In this document: positions 27,083 through 36,988 of the stretch, in pieces
How positions within the stretch are numbered: the first letter of the stretch is position 1
How the letters are laid out: each line of letters begins with the position of its first letter
DNA from: an uncultured delta proteobacterium
GTDB lineage: Bacteria > Myxococcota_A > Polyangia > Polyangiales > B10-G4
Reading direction: 5' to 3'
DNA length: 64,000 bases
NCBI GenBank assembly: GCA_963727445.1
Contig: CAVSGI010000010.1
Location: forward strand, 1,376,001-1,440,000
Program-made: the position numbers and the translations under genes
Notes under the pieces: generated by a model
What the model was told of the DNA's origin: nothing
What the model saw: the letters and a program-made list of their open reading frames with translations, nothing else
Database searches by the model: none

Positions 27083-28534
27083 ATGGGGGAGACGCTCTTC
27101 AGCCACGATCTCAGGATCCTGACCTGTCAGCGCTGTGGTGCGCCCTTCGAGGCGGGCGTCGAGGGCGGCTCCTTCACCTGCACCTTCTGCCACGCCGAAA
27201 ACCAGCTGCGCCGGCGCGACGAGAGCGCGGACCTCTCCGCCGCGCAGGCGGCGGCCCAGGCGACGGTGAGCGAAGCGGAGCGACACGCCCGGCTGCGCGA
27301 ACAAGACAGCCGCCCCCCGATGCTGCCTCCGGACATCGCCCAACTGACCCACGACGGATATCTCGCCCCGGAGCACGTCGAGCACGCGCGGCAGCTGTGG
27401 CGCTCGCTCCGACAAGAGGTGGGTGTCGGCGCGCCTTTCGCCACCAGTGAACGGCTCTTTCATCTGACGCTCCTGCTCGCGCCGCACCTCGACGTGCGCG
27501 AAAGGCGCGCCTTCCTCGAAACCGCGATCGAGATCCTCGAGGATCCCGGTCACCGGCAGGTCATTCGTGGTGCGCTCGCCCGGGATGCGGTGTTGGCGGG
27601 CGACCTCGGGGCGGCGGACGCCTGGCTCGCACCCATGAATCCGCGCGCGACCGACCTCGCCATGGACACCGCTTACCGCTACGCAGCGGCGATGCTCGCC
27701 ACCGCACGCGGCCAGGACGCACGCGTGACGGAGCTCCTCGGCTGGCGCGACACCGACGTCCCCCTCGCCGACGCCGACGAGGTGGGCTGCGCCATCCTGC
27801 GCGCCAACGTGCTCGAACGGCAGGGTCGGACGCAAGAAGCCGCCGCCGAGCTCACGCGAGCGCTCCACGATCACGGCAAGGCGCCTCTGCGTTACGAGCT
27901 CGCGCGGATGGCGCAGCTCGGGCCGGCCCGCGCCACCGTCGCGCAGGTGCTGGGACAGCACGACGCGCAGGAACGACGACAGATTCAGGCCGGCATCGAC
28001 CAGATGAAGCTACAGCTCGCCGGCATCGAATCGCCGACCTGGCACCCGGTGAACCTGATCGGCGCGATCTTTCTCGGCTTCATCCTGTCGTTGGTTGTCA
28101 CGATCCCCTGGAGCTGCGGCGTGGTGCCGAGCGCCGACATCGATCCCTGGCTCGGCCCGCACGCGAAGACCTTCTGTCCCGCCGTCTGCGACGGCTGCAC
28201 CGACCCTTACAGCTACCTCCAGTTCCACACGTCCAGCAACGGCAGCGAGTCCGATCACTTCTACGTCTACTGCAACGACCCCAACGGCACGGTCATGTCG
28301 ATGCACGAGAACTGGGGCCAGCTGATGAGCGCCCGCGGGACGAACGAAGCCTACGAGCTTCCCGGCGGCGGCTTCACCCTGTGGCTCACCTCCCTTCCCT
28401 GCTGGGCGCCCGTGGGCTTCTTCATCTGGCTCGCGTACCGGGCGTCGACCGCGGGGAAGCGGCGCGCGAAGGCGCGGGACGTGCGGGAACGGATCGCCGA
28501 GTCCGAGCGCCGGCTGGCGTCGATCGGCACGTGA
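27083..28534 (+). CDS. Zn-ribbon, helical-repeat membrane protein
   Basis: N-terminal CQRCGAP..CTFC; helical middle; two TM helices flanking a Cys-containing loop. Start ATG 27083 preferred. Confidence 0.7.
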   Translation: MGETLFSHDLRILTCQRCGAPFEAGVEGGSFTCTFCHAENQLRRRDESADLSAAQAAAQATVSEAERHARLREQDSRPPMLPPDIAQLTHDGYLAPEHVEHARQLWRSLRQEVGVGAPFATSERLFHLTLLLAPHLDVRERRAFLETAIEILEDPGHRQVIRGALARDAVLAGDLGAADAWLAPMNPRATDLAMDTAYRYAAAMLATARGQDARVTELLGWRDTDVPLADADEVGCAILRANVLERQGRTQEAAAELTRALHDHGKAPLRYELARMAQLGPARATVAQVLGQHDAQERRQIQAGIDQMKLQLAGIESPTWHPVNLIGAIFLGFILSLVVTIPWSCGVVPSADIDPWLGPHAKTFCPAVCDGCTDPYSYLQFHTSSNGSESDHFYVYCNDPNGTVMSMHENWGQLMSARGTNEAYELPGGGFTLWLTSLPCWAPVGFFIWLAYRASTAGKRRAKARDVRERIAESERRLASIGT

Positions 28535-28545
28535 GACGACCGCCC

Positions 28546-29460
28546 ATGACTGAAGAGCGCCGACGCGGATTGATCGCGCAGCTGATCGCCTATCTCGCGG
28601 CGCTCGCCGTCGGCGCCGTGGTCTTGTCGTACGCCGACCTCGGCTCGCGCTGGCTCGAGATGCTCGCGGCGGACGCCGCCGCCACCGCCGTGGTCTTCGC
28701 CTTCAGCGTGGGCCTCGGAAACTCCAGCCTCTACGATCCCTACTGGAGCGTGGCGCCGCCGGTCATGGGAGCCGTGTGGATCGCGATGGGCACGGACGCG
28801 CTCCGTGCGCGCGCGATCCTCGCCCTCACGCTCACCTTCGTGTGGGGCGCGCGCCTCACCTTCAGCTTCTTCCGCGGATGGCCGGGCCTCGGCCACGAGG
28901 ACTGGCGCTACCGCGACCTCCGGAAGAAGACCGGCAAGGCCTACTGGCTGGTGAGCCTCCTCGGCATCCACTACTTCCCGACGGCGCTCACCTTCGGCGG
29001 CAGCCTCGCCCTCTTCGCGGCCATCGACAGCGACGCCCCCTTTTCGATCCTCGACGGCGTCGCCGCCGCTCTGACCATGGCCGCGATCGCCATCGAGACC
29101 CGGGCCGATCGCGAGCTCCGCGACTTCCTTCGCGCGGGCCCCGGGCCGGGATCGATCCTGAGCGCCGGCCTCTGGGCTCAAAGCCGCCACCCCAACTACC
29201 TGGGAGAGATCCTCTTCTGGTGGGGGCTCGCGCTCTTCGCCGTCGCCGGCGGCGCGACCCTGCCCCTCGCGCTCGGCGGCGCATCGGCGATCACGCTCCT
29301 CTTCGTCTTCGTGAGCGTCCCGATGATCGAACGCCACATGGCCGAACGCCGGCCGGGCTGGGCCGAGCACCGCCGAAAGGTCCCGGTGCTCCTGCCGACC
29401 AGGCTCTTCACTCGCCGAAGCCGCGGAGCTCGCGATCGAGGAGCTTCGCCGCCACGTTGA
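28546..29460 (+). CDS. DUF1295 / steroid 5-alpha-reductase-like membrane protein
   Basis: NSSLYDPYWS, EDWRY, GLWAQSRHPNYLGEILFWWG; multiple TM helices. Confidence 0.88.
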   Translation: MTEERRRGLIAQLIAYLAALAVGAVVLSYADLGSRWLEMLAADAAATAVVFAFSVGLGNSSLYDPYWSVAPPVMGAVWIAMGTDALRARAILALTLTFVWGARLTFSFFRGWPGLGHEDWRYRDLRKKTGKAYWLVSLLGIHYFPTALTFGGSLALFAAIDSDAPFSILDGVAAALTMAAIAIETRADRELRDFLRAGPGPGSILSAGLWAQSRHPNYLGEILFWWGLALFAVAGGATLPLALGGASAITLLFVFVSVPMIERHMAERRPGWAEHRRKVPVLLPTRLFTRRSRGARDRGASPPR

Positions 29461-31324
29461 TCAGGTCGCGCTCTGTCAGGATGCCCACCAGCCTGTCGCC
29501 TCGAACCACTGGCAGGCACGCCACCTGATGGGCACGCATCTTCTCGACCGCCTCGAGCGTCGGCGTATCCGGAGAGACGGTGACCGGGCTCTCCTTCATG
29601 ATGTTGCGCACGACCACCGCGCCGCGGGGCTCCCGTCCGCCCTGAGCCAACAGGCGTATCAGCGACCGGAAGGAGACCAGCCCGACCAGACGACCGTCCT
29701 CGTCCTCGACCGGGATGTGCCGGATGCGCTCCCAGTCCATGAGATTGGCCGCAAGGTCGACGAGATCGTCGGGCTGCACGGTGAAGAGGTCGCGCGTCAT
29801 GAACTGCCCGACGGTCTTGTAGCTGTGGCGCCAATCCCGTGCTTCGTCGAGCTCGGCCAGCGGCCACTCGTGAACCGGGTGGCCCTCGACCTGACGCTCG
29901 AGTGACGCGGCCGTGACCGCGCGGAAGCGCTCGCTGCGCGTTCCCTGGTTGTTCATCTTCGCCAGCGAATCGAGGGCCCACTGCGCCCCGGTCCGCCCAC
30001 TCTCGACGCGCTCTTCGATGACGCCGAGATACCTGTCGATGTCCGCCTGCACGATCCCGTGACTCGCGAGGCCCGCGCGCGCACTGGGCAGGAGCTCGGT
30101 GACCAACTCGGCGGCGGTGGCGCTCTTGCCTCCAATCCAGGCGAACTGCGCCCGTAGACCGTGACGCGCCGCCGCGACGAAGTTGGCCTTCGCGTCGTCG
30201 AAGTCCATCACCTCGGTGATGTCGTCGTACTCCTTCGAGAGCGCCGCCAAGAGGCCGTAGTAGAAGGCGGCGTTCGCGACTTCGTCCAGCACCGTCGGCC
30301 CGGCAGGCAGGACCCGATTCTCGATGCGGAGGTGCGCTTTGCCCTCGTTCACGCCGTAGCAGGCGCGATTCCACCGATAGACGGTTCCGTTGTGGTGACG
30401 CAGGGCGGTCAGGTTCGGCGCCTCGCCGCGCTTCACCATCTCGAGGGCGTTCTCGCTGACGTCGGCGGAGAGCATCACCCGGAAACGGGCGATGTCGTCG
30501 CGGAAGATCTCGAGCACCGAGTCGTCGACCCACTTCTCACCGAATTGCACGCGCGGCCTTTGGCCGCGGACGAGCTGAGCGCTCGACCGGTGGTCCACCG
30601 AATGCTGAAAGAGCGCCACGCGCGTCTCGTGCCAGAGGCGATGCTCCGCGAGGAGCGGCGAGTTCACCGCCGCCGCCAGCACCGGAGCGGTCACCGCCTG
30701 GGCGAGGTTGTAGAGCTGCGCGAACTCGGAGGGCCCGACCTGGAAGTGCAGCTGAAAGCTGGTGTTGCAGGACTCCAGCATCACGTTGTCGTGCGTGGTG
30801 TAGAACTCGTCCACACCCTTGATGTGCACCTGGAAGTCGCCCCCACGCGCCTTGACCATCGCCGCGTTGAGGGCAGCGTAGCGAGGCACCGGCGTCATGT
30901 TCGCGAGGGTTAGGTCGCTCAGCTGAAGGGTGGGAAGTATTCCCGTGAGGAGGAGCTCGGCGCCGCACTGCTTCGCCGCTTCGCGCGCGAGCGCGAGGAG
31001 CGCTTGGATCTCCTGCTCGAGGACACTCAGGCAGTCTCCACCGAACTCGTGCGGCGGCAGGTTCGCTTCGAGGTTGAAACGCGCGAGCTCGGTGGTGAAG
31101 AGCGGATGGTCGAGGCGCTCCAACACCTCGGTCGACACCGGGGCGGGCATACATCCGGCGTCGACCAGGAAGATCTCCTGCTCCGCCCCGATACGCCGAA
31201 CGCCCGATTCGATCATCCCGGCGTCGATCATCTGCGAAAGCGCCTCGACGTCGTCGAGCAGAGCGCGAGTGAAGGTTCGCTGCTGCTCGTGATCGGCGAG
31301 CGCCTCTGCGTCCTTGTCACCCAT
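29408..31324 (-). CDS. glutamate-cysteine ligase family 2 (GCS2-like) protein with C-terminal CBS pair
   Basis: IGAEQE, TELARFNLE, SFQLH, YRWNR, HLRIENRVLPAGPT; CBS repeats (FMTRDLFTV..RHIPV and IMKESPVTV..LPVV..GILTERD). Confidence 0.88.
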   Translation of the reverse strand: MGDKDAEALADHEQQRTFTRALLDDVEALSQMIDAGMIESGVRRIGAEQEIFLVDAGCMPAPVSTEVLERLDHPLFTTELARFNLEANLPPHEFGGDCLSVLEQEIQALLALAREAAKQCGAELLLTGILPTLQLSDLTLANMTPVPRYAALNAAMVKARGGDFQVHIKGVDEFYTTHDNVMLESCNTSFQLHFQVGPSEFAQLYNLAQAVTAPVLAAAVNSPLLAEHRLWHETRVALFQHSVDHRSSAQLVRGQRPRVQFGEKWVDDSVLEIFRDDIARFRVMLSADVSENALEMVKRGEAPNLTALRHHNGTVYRWNRACYGVNEGKAHLRIENRVLPAGPTVLDEVANAAFYYGLLAALSKEYDDITEVMDFDDAKANFVAAARHGLRAQFAWIGGKSATAAELVTELLPSARAGLASHGIVQADIDRYLGVIEERVESGRTGAQWALDSLAKMNNQGTRSERFRAVTAASLERQVEGHPVHEWPLAELDEARDWRHSYKTVGQFMTRDLFTVQPDDLVDLAANLMDWERIRHIPVEDEDGRLVGLVSFRSLIRLLAQGGREPRGAVVVRNIMKESPVTVSPDTPTLEAVEKMRAHQVACLPVVRGDRLVGILTERDLINVAAKLLDRELRGFGE

Positions 31325-31340
31325 TTCAGTGGCGAATGTA

Positions 31341-31883
31341 TCAGCCTACGGGGCGGTTCGACATCGGCGCCGCGGCCCTCTGCAGCACCTCGCGCAGGCG
31401 CTCCTCGGGCCAGGAGTATCGCTCGTTCTTGCCGAGGTGGATCGCGAGCCAGCTCACCGTGCTCGGGATGTCCGCAAAGACCTTGGTGGGGTGCGGTGGT
31501 CGGCCGATGAGGATGGTGGTGCTCATGAAGGCGCGGACCGCGCTGCCGACCATTCCGTCGACCAGGATCACGTGCGCGGTGGCGATGTCGCGCTCGTCGA
31601 CGTCGGCTGTCTGACGCGCCGCCTCCTCACGGACCTCGGCAGAGAAGCGTGGGACTCCCTCCACGATGACGTTCGCGAAGGCGCACCCGCCGGTGGTGCG
31701 CCGCCTCACGCCCTTGTAGACACGGTCGATGGTGCGCATGTGCTCCAGCTCGGGCGCGTTGAACCACGTGGCGATCTCCAGATTGTCCACGGTGGCGACG
31801 CGAAGACACTCATCCGAGAATTCGACCTCGTACCCGCCCACCAGACGAGGATACTCGCCCTCGGCCAGCGTCCGAAAGGGCAC
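31341..31883 (-). CDS. hypothetical protein (STAS/SEC14-like alpha/beta, myxobacterial)
   Basis: 180-aa ORF in a co-directional run with plausible composition; family call tentative. Confidence 0.55.
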   Translation of the reverse strand: MPFRTLAEGEYPRLVGGYEVEFSDECLRVATVDNLEIATWFNAPELEHMRTIDRVYKGVRRRTTGGCAFANVIVEGVPRFSAEVREEAARQTADVDERDIATAHVILVDGMVGSAVRAFMSTTILIGRPPHPTKVFADIPSTVSWLAIHLGKNERYSWPEERLREVLQRAAAPMSNRPVG

Positions 31884-31904
31884 TGTCGAAGAAGGTGCGA
31901 GCGA

Positions 31905-34349
31905 TCACCTGCCACCGGCGTTCGCCACCGCCGGACGCTCGCCGTCCACGTGCGCCGCGCGTCGAACGTCGGCGAGCGCCCGGGCGAGGTGCGGTGCCTG
32001 CTCTCGGCAGATGCGGCCGTAGCGATGTGGCGAAATGCCGGACTGCACCAGGATCCGCTCGAGGAGCTCGACGGCATCGGCCTGCCTCTGAAGACCACGG
32101 CTGCCGACCGCATCCACCGTCTCCGCCACCGCCACCAGCGCCGCCAGCACCTCCGCCAGAGACTGGTCGGCCTGGGTCCCGCGTGCCGGCTCCTCGGGGA
32201 GCGTGACGCGCGGAGCCGGCTGCGGGAACCAGCGCTCGAAGCGATGCATGAGCGCGCGACGGTGGCGATGCATGGCCTCGAGCCGCGCGCGCTCCCCGTC
32301 GCTCATGGCATCCAGATCGACGCCCATGAATTCCAGAGTGGTTCGGTGCGCATCGAGCTCGGCGAGGGCCTCTACGTCGCGCGCGCGCTCGAGCCCGTGG
32401 ATCTCGTCGAGGAGATCGTGGAGCTCTCGGCTCGTGCTGGCTGTGCCGGTCTCCGGCAGCCAATCGAAGCGCTCTTCGTCCGGAAAGCCGGCGATCACCG
32501 ACTCGAGGAAGTCGTCGGAGAGGAATTGGTAGAACACCTCCTCGCCGCGCGCCCGCTGCCGAGCGGCGAGGGATTCGAGGGCCGGGTTTTCGAGACCGAG
32601 CGCGACGATGTTGAGGCGCACCGGCAGCTCGCTACCCACCTCCATCCGCGCATTCCAGACGAGCTCGTGATCCACGTCCGCCTCACCGTCGGTCACCAGG
32701 ACGATGGAAGCACGCGCCAGGCGCTGGTCGTGCGCCTCCGCATCTTTAATCTGCTCGAAGCTGGCGAGGAGCGCACGCTCGATGTCGGTCTCCCCGATGC
32801 GCACCGTCTCCACCACTTCGGAGACTGCGCTGAGACAATCGGATGGCGTCGCCACACGCCGCGTCTCCCACGGTTTCTTCGTGAAGTAGCGATAGTAGAG
32901 GACCGGATCGTAATAGCGCTCCGAGTCGAGTAACCGACTCCTCAGCGTGAGCAGCTCCGCGAGGATGATCGCGTCCCGCATGCGGGCGCGGGGGCCGAGC
33001 ATCGAGGTCGACGCGTCGAGAAGGTAGACGCGGACCTCGGTCGCCAGCTTGACCTTCGCGCGGCGCCGCACCTCTTCGGCGACGTAGCGGCGCGAGAGGA
33101 GCCGGCCCTCGGCGAGATGGAGAAGGACGGCGCGTGGGTCGACGATCACCGCATCTACGACGTCCGCTGGCGAGGTGGCGTTCATGAGGATCATGTGGTC
33201 CGTGGGATGCCGAACCGCGCGGAGGGTGCGCGACTCTTCGAGCACACGGAGCGGGGTCGTGACGCCACCGACCTCCACCGCGGCGTCGACCCCGAAAGTC
33301 GATAGCAGCTGCTCGAGAGCCGCTTCACTCTTCAAATGGGAGCGGGCGTGCTCCAGATTCTCGCGCACCAGACCATCGGACCGGCGAATCCGTACCTCGA
33401 GGTCGTCACGGGCCTCTTCGTATGCACGCCCGATGGCGTCGTCGACCTCCGCGCCGAAGGCACGCCGCGCGACCGCGGCGAGCGCCCCGCGACGCAGCTC
33501 GGGCGAATCCGCAGCACGGCGGGCGCCCATCGCCGTGAGCGCGCGGTCCGTGAGGCGTCCGAGCGTGATATCCCCGGCCGAGGCGGCGACGCGGTCGAGC
33601 GCGCGAACCGCTTCGCTCGCGACCCGCGCGTCACCTCGCGACGCCGCGCCGCGGGCCTGATGCAAGAGGCCCACCGTAGTGGAGACGCCGCCCACCTCGA
33701 AGCGATCGATCGCCTGGATTTCGCGCGCGATCCACTCCTGCCGTGCGGCGGTCGCTTTCGCATCGAGGGTAACGGCGGCACCTGCTTCGAGCAGGGTGCG
33801 GCGCGCGGTCTCGAGCAGCCGGCGCCGGCGACCGAGGTGGTCGGTCTCAGCGCGCGCGGCGTCGAGGAGCGCCTCGACGAGCTCCACCGGCGCCATGGGC
33901 GCGGCGCTCGATGCATCGGTCACGCGCCCCGCCGCGATCACCGGTGGGGAGAGGGTGCGCGGGTCGAGACGCCCAGCGACGCGCCGCCCCTCGGAGTCGT
34001 CGGGCGAGGCGACCCTCGCCGCGCGACCGACCACGCCGTGAAGGCGCCAGAGCCACAGTAAGTGCGCGGCAGGAGGGGATCCGTCGGTGATGGCCGCGCG
34101 CTCGAGCTCCTCGACGTTCTCTTCGAGCTCGTCGAGGGCGGCTTGGACATGTGGCGCGATGTCCGCCTGCTCTCCGTCCTTTCGCATCGCGTCGAGCAGC
34201 GCCGTCGTGCGTTCGACGGAGAGCTTCGGCTCGCGACGAAAGAGCCTGTGAAAAGCCCACGACAGAAAACGGAAGTGTCCGCCGATGCTCTCTGGCTCAC
34301 GCGCCAGGCGGTGGATCCGCGCCGCCAGCTCTTCGAGTTGCGCTTCCAC
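31905..34349 (-). CDS. vWA-domain protein, partner of the MoxR ATPase
   Basis: MIDAS LLDASTSM, GETDI, IVLVTDGE; starts 1 nt after the ATPase stop. Confidence 0.85.
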   Translation of the reverse strand: MEAQLEELAARIHRLAREPESIGGHFRFLSWAFHRLFRREPKLSVERTTALLDAMRKDGEQADIAPHVQAALDELEENVEELERAAITDGSPPAAHLLWLWRLHGVVGRAARVASPDDSEGRRVAGRLDPRTLSPPVIAAGRVTDASSAAPMAPVELVEALLDAARAETDHLGRRRRLLETARRTLLEAGAAVTLDAKATAARQEWIAREIQAIDRFEVGGVSTTVGLLHQARGAASRGDARVASEAVRALDRVAASAGDITLGRLTDRALTAMGARRAADSPELRRGALAAVARRAFGAEVDDAIGRAYEEARDDLEVRIRRSDGLVRENLEHARSHLKSEAALEQLLSTFGVDAAVEVGGVTTPLRVLEESRTLRAVRHPTDHMILMNATSPADVVDAVIVDPRAVLLHLAEGRLLSRRYVAEEVRRRAKVKLATEVRVYLLDASTSMLGPRARMRDAIILAELLTLRSRLLDSERYYDPVLYYRYFTKKPWETRRVATPSDCLSAVSEVVETVRIGETDIERALLASFEQIKDAEAHDQRLARASIVLVTDGEADVDHELVWNARMEVGSELPVRLNIVALGLENPALESLAARQRARGEEVFYQFLSDDFLESVIAGFPDEERFDWLPETGTASTSRELHDLLDEIHGLERARDVEALAELDAHRTTLEFMGVDLDAMSDGERARLEAMHRHRRALMHRFERWFPQPAPRVTLPEEPARGTQADQSLAEVLAALVAVAETVDAVGSRGLQRQADAVELLERILVQSGISPHRYGRICREQAPHLARALADVRRAAHVDGERPAVANAGGR

Positions 34350-34350
34350 T

Positions 34351-36931
34351 TCAGCCGCCCGTGGCGCTGTCGAATCTCTCGTCGCTGAGTGCCTTCACCA
34401 GCGCGAGCACCTCCGCCATGCACTCGTCGCGGAGCGCCTCGAGACGTGCGCTGAGCGGAGAGACGCGCGAAGCGGCGCTCGGGAAGAGTCTCCTCAGCAG
34501 GTCGAGCTCGAGCGCGAAGCGCGTGAGCACGTCGTCGTCGATCGCGAGGCGGAAGAACCTCGAACGAACCACCGCGCGGAGGCGCTCGCGCGGGGGAGCC
34601 TCTTCCGGGTGGCGCTCCCAGAACGTCTCCAGGCGGTCGAGCGCGCGCTCCACGCGCGAGAGATCGGTGGTCAGGATCTGCTCGCGCAGGTCGGCCTCGA
34701 CGCCCGACACCAACGCGAGGACCGCATCGGGCTCGGCCGCAATGGCACCGCTCTGCGCCAGTCGCTCGGCCACGCTCACCAGCGCGACGACCATGGAGGT
34801 CCGCTGCTCTCGGTTCCGGAGCTCGAGGTAGCCGTCGTAGCTCGGCTCGAATCTCTTCGATGGCGGGGGCCTGTGGCTCGGCCCGGAGCAGCGCCTTCGC
34901 CGCGAGATGGATGAGATGCGACGGCAAGACGGCGCCTTCGAGCCCCGCCGCGGACAGGGACGAAAGGAGGCTATCGACCTCCCCGGCGGTCGAAGGCCGG
35001 TCGGCGGCGTCGAAGCGCGCAAAGGCAGCGCCGAGCAGGGGACGGAGCCGCGGACCGCAGACCTCTCGCAACAGATCGCGGGGCGCCCCGAGCACCCGGA
35101 GCGCTTCGGCGTGACGCGAGACCTCGGCGAAGAGCGGGCCGAGCCCCTCGAACACTGCGTCGAGGTCGCTCTCGGCGCTCACCTCGAAGAGTCGCTCCAC
35201 CTCGCGCACCATCGCGCCGTCCCAGGCGGCGGCGAGCACGTTGCCCAGCCGCGCCAGCTCCTTGCCGATCCGACTCTCGGCGAGCTCGTCTTCCTCGGCA
35301 GAAGCGCCGAGCGCCGCGAGCCGGCCACGACGCGCGAGCAGGTCTTTGGTGCGTGCGATGGCCTCATCGCCCCGCGCTCGGATCTCGCTGGCCGGCAGGA
35401 GGTCTGCGTCGTCCGGTGAGCCCGAGGGCAGGATGGCCTTGAGGGCGGCAGGCGGTGACGTGAGGGCGCGACTCACGAGCTCGCGGCTGCGCCCCCTGAG
35501 CCACTGCGCCAACTCCGCGCCCCTCTTGCCGGTTTCATCGAGCGCGCTCGCGATCGCGTCGAGCTCGTCCAAGACCGCGTCGATACTCCGCTCGTCATCA
35601 GCGCCTGCGGAGAGGCCACGACGAAGCGCGCGCTCGAGCAGAGCCGCTGTGGCCTGGTCGAGCACGTCCTCCGCGAAAGCCGCGCTTTCTTCCGCCGCCT
35701 TCACCTTCTCCCCGAGGTCCCTGGTGAGGTCGAGGAGCGCCTCGGGCGAGGACTGCTCCTCCGCGAGCGCACGCTCGAGCTGCTCCCGCGCTGCCTCGGT
35801 CTCGGCGGAGGGCATCCGCGTCTTCTTCAGCGGCTCGATCGCCGGCGGCGCCGGGAGTCGCGCCAGACATCGATCGAAGATCTCCCGCTCGGCGCGCACG
35901 ATCGCGAGCTGGGCCCGCTCCCGTGGGTCGGACTCCACCTCGAGGAGACGGTCGATCTCGTCGGGCTCCGGTCCGCTGAGCACCATGCTGAGGCGCAGCT
36001 TCTCGAAATCCTCCGGATGCACCTGGAGCTCGCGATCGCGCCCGCCGATGGTGCGGTCGAGAACCACGATCGCCTTGAGCAGACGGCCCAGCCGGACCGC
36101 GGTGCGCGTCGACAGGTAGCGGGTCGGCACGAAGGTCGGATCGGCGCGCACCGCCGCCTGCACCTCCTCGTGAAAGAGCGAGAGGAGCTGCGTGAGGCGC
36201 GGAACGAGCGGCGGCGGGAAATGCACCCGCTCCGTCGCCTCCTGCAGCGCGTCCACGTCTTGAATCGTGAGCCGTGCCGTCAGCTCGGGCTCGGGCGCGC
36301 GCCCCACCCGCGCCCTCAGGACGCGGTCGAGCGCCCCGGCGTTGGCGAAGCCCCGCGGGACGAAGCCGATGAGCGCGATCCGATCGACGAAGGCCAGGAG
36401 GTTGTCTCGTGAGTGCTCGAGGACCTCGCTGATGTAGCGATTGCTGGTCATCAGCGCACATTCGATCGCGCCTCTCGTGACCTTGGTCCCGTGCTTCAGC
36501 TCCCTCTCGTGAAGGAGGTTGAGGGTCGTGCGCAGGAGCATGTCACGGCCGTCGAAGACCTCGTCCAGGTGGGCGTGGATCGCGCCGAGCATGCCCTCGT
36601 CCGTGAAGTGCTCGGTGCGGCCGGTCTCGGTGAGCACCTTGAAGTCGATGGGTCCGACGAGGTCCGTCTGCACGGTGCTCTCGGTGAGCTGTCGCGCGAA
36701 GACGCTCGCCTCTCCCGTGTGGCGGTCGACGATTCGGTCCACCACCCCCCGCACCAGGCCGCTCTTCGCCGTTCCGGGGGGGCCGGTGAGAAGGACGTGC
36801 TCGCGCGCCAGGAGCGCCAGCGCAATCTGATCGAGCACCTGACGCCGTTCGACGAAGGTGCGGTCCAGCTCGTGGAAGAAGGCCCGAAAGTGCGTGACCG
36901 CCGCCTCGAGATCTCCGCCGCCCTTCCCCAC
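34351..36931 (-). CDS. MoxR/RavA-like AAA+ ATPase with long helical C-terminus (one frameshift near 34850)
   Basis: HVLLTGPPGTAKS, HLDEVFD, LNLLHERE, TSN, FVDRI. Removing one base at 34849-34853 joins the two ORFs into about 859 aa. Confidence 0.85.
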
Positions 36932-36988
36932 CGCGCGTAGAGTAGACGACGCTTGAAATGCTTGCGAGGCGCGATTAGGTGGAGGGAC

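Noticed and set aside
27179..27193. CTFCH as a heme c site
   Set aside because: It is the second half of an N-terminal CxxC..CxxC Zn ribbon in a protein without a signal peptide.
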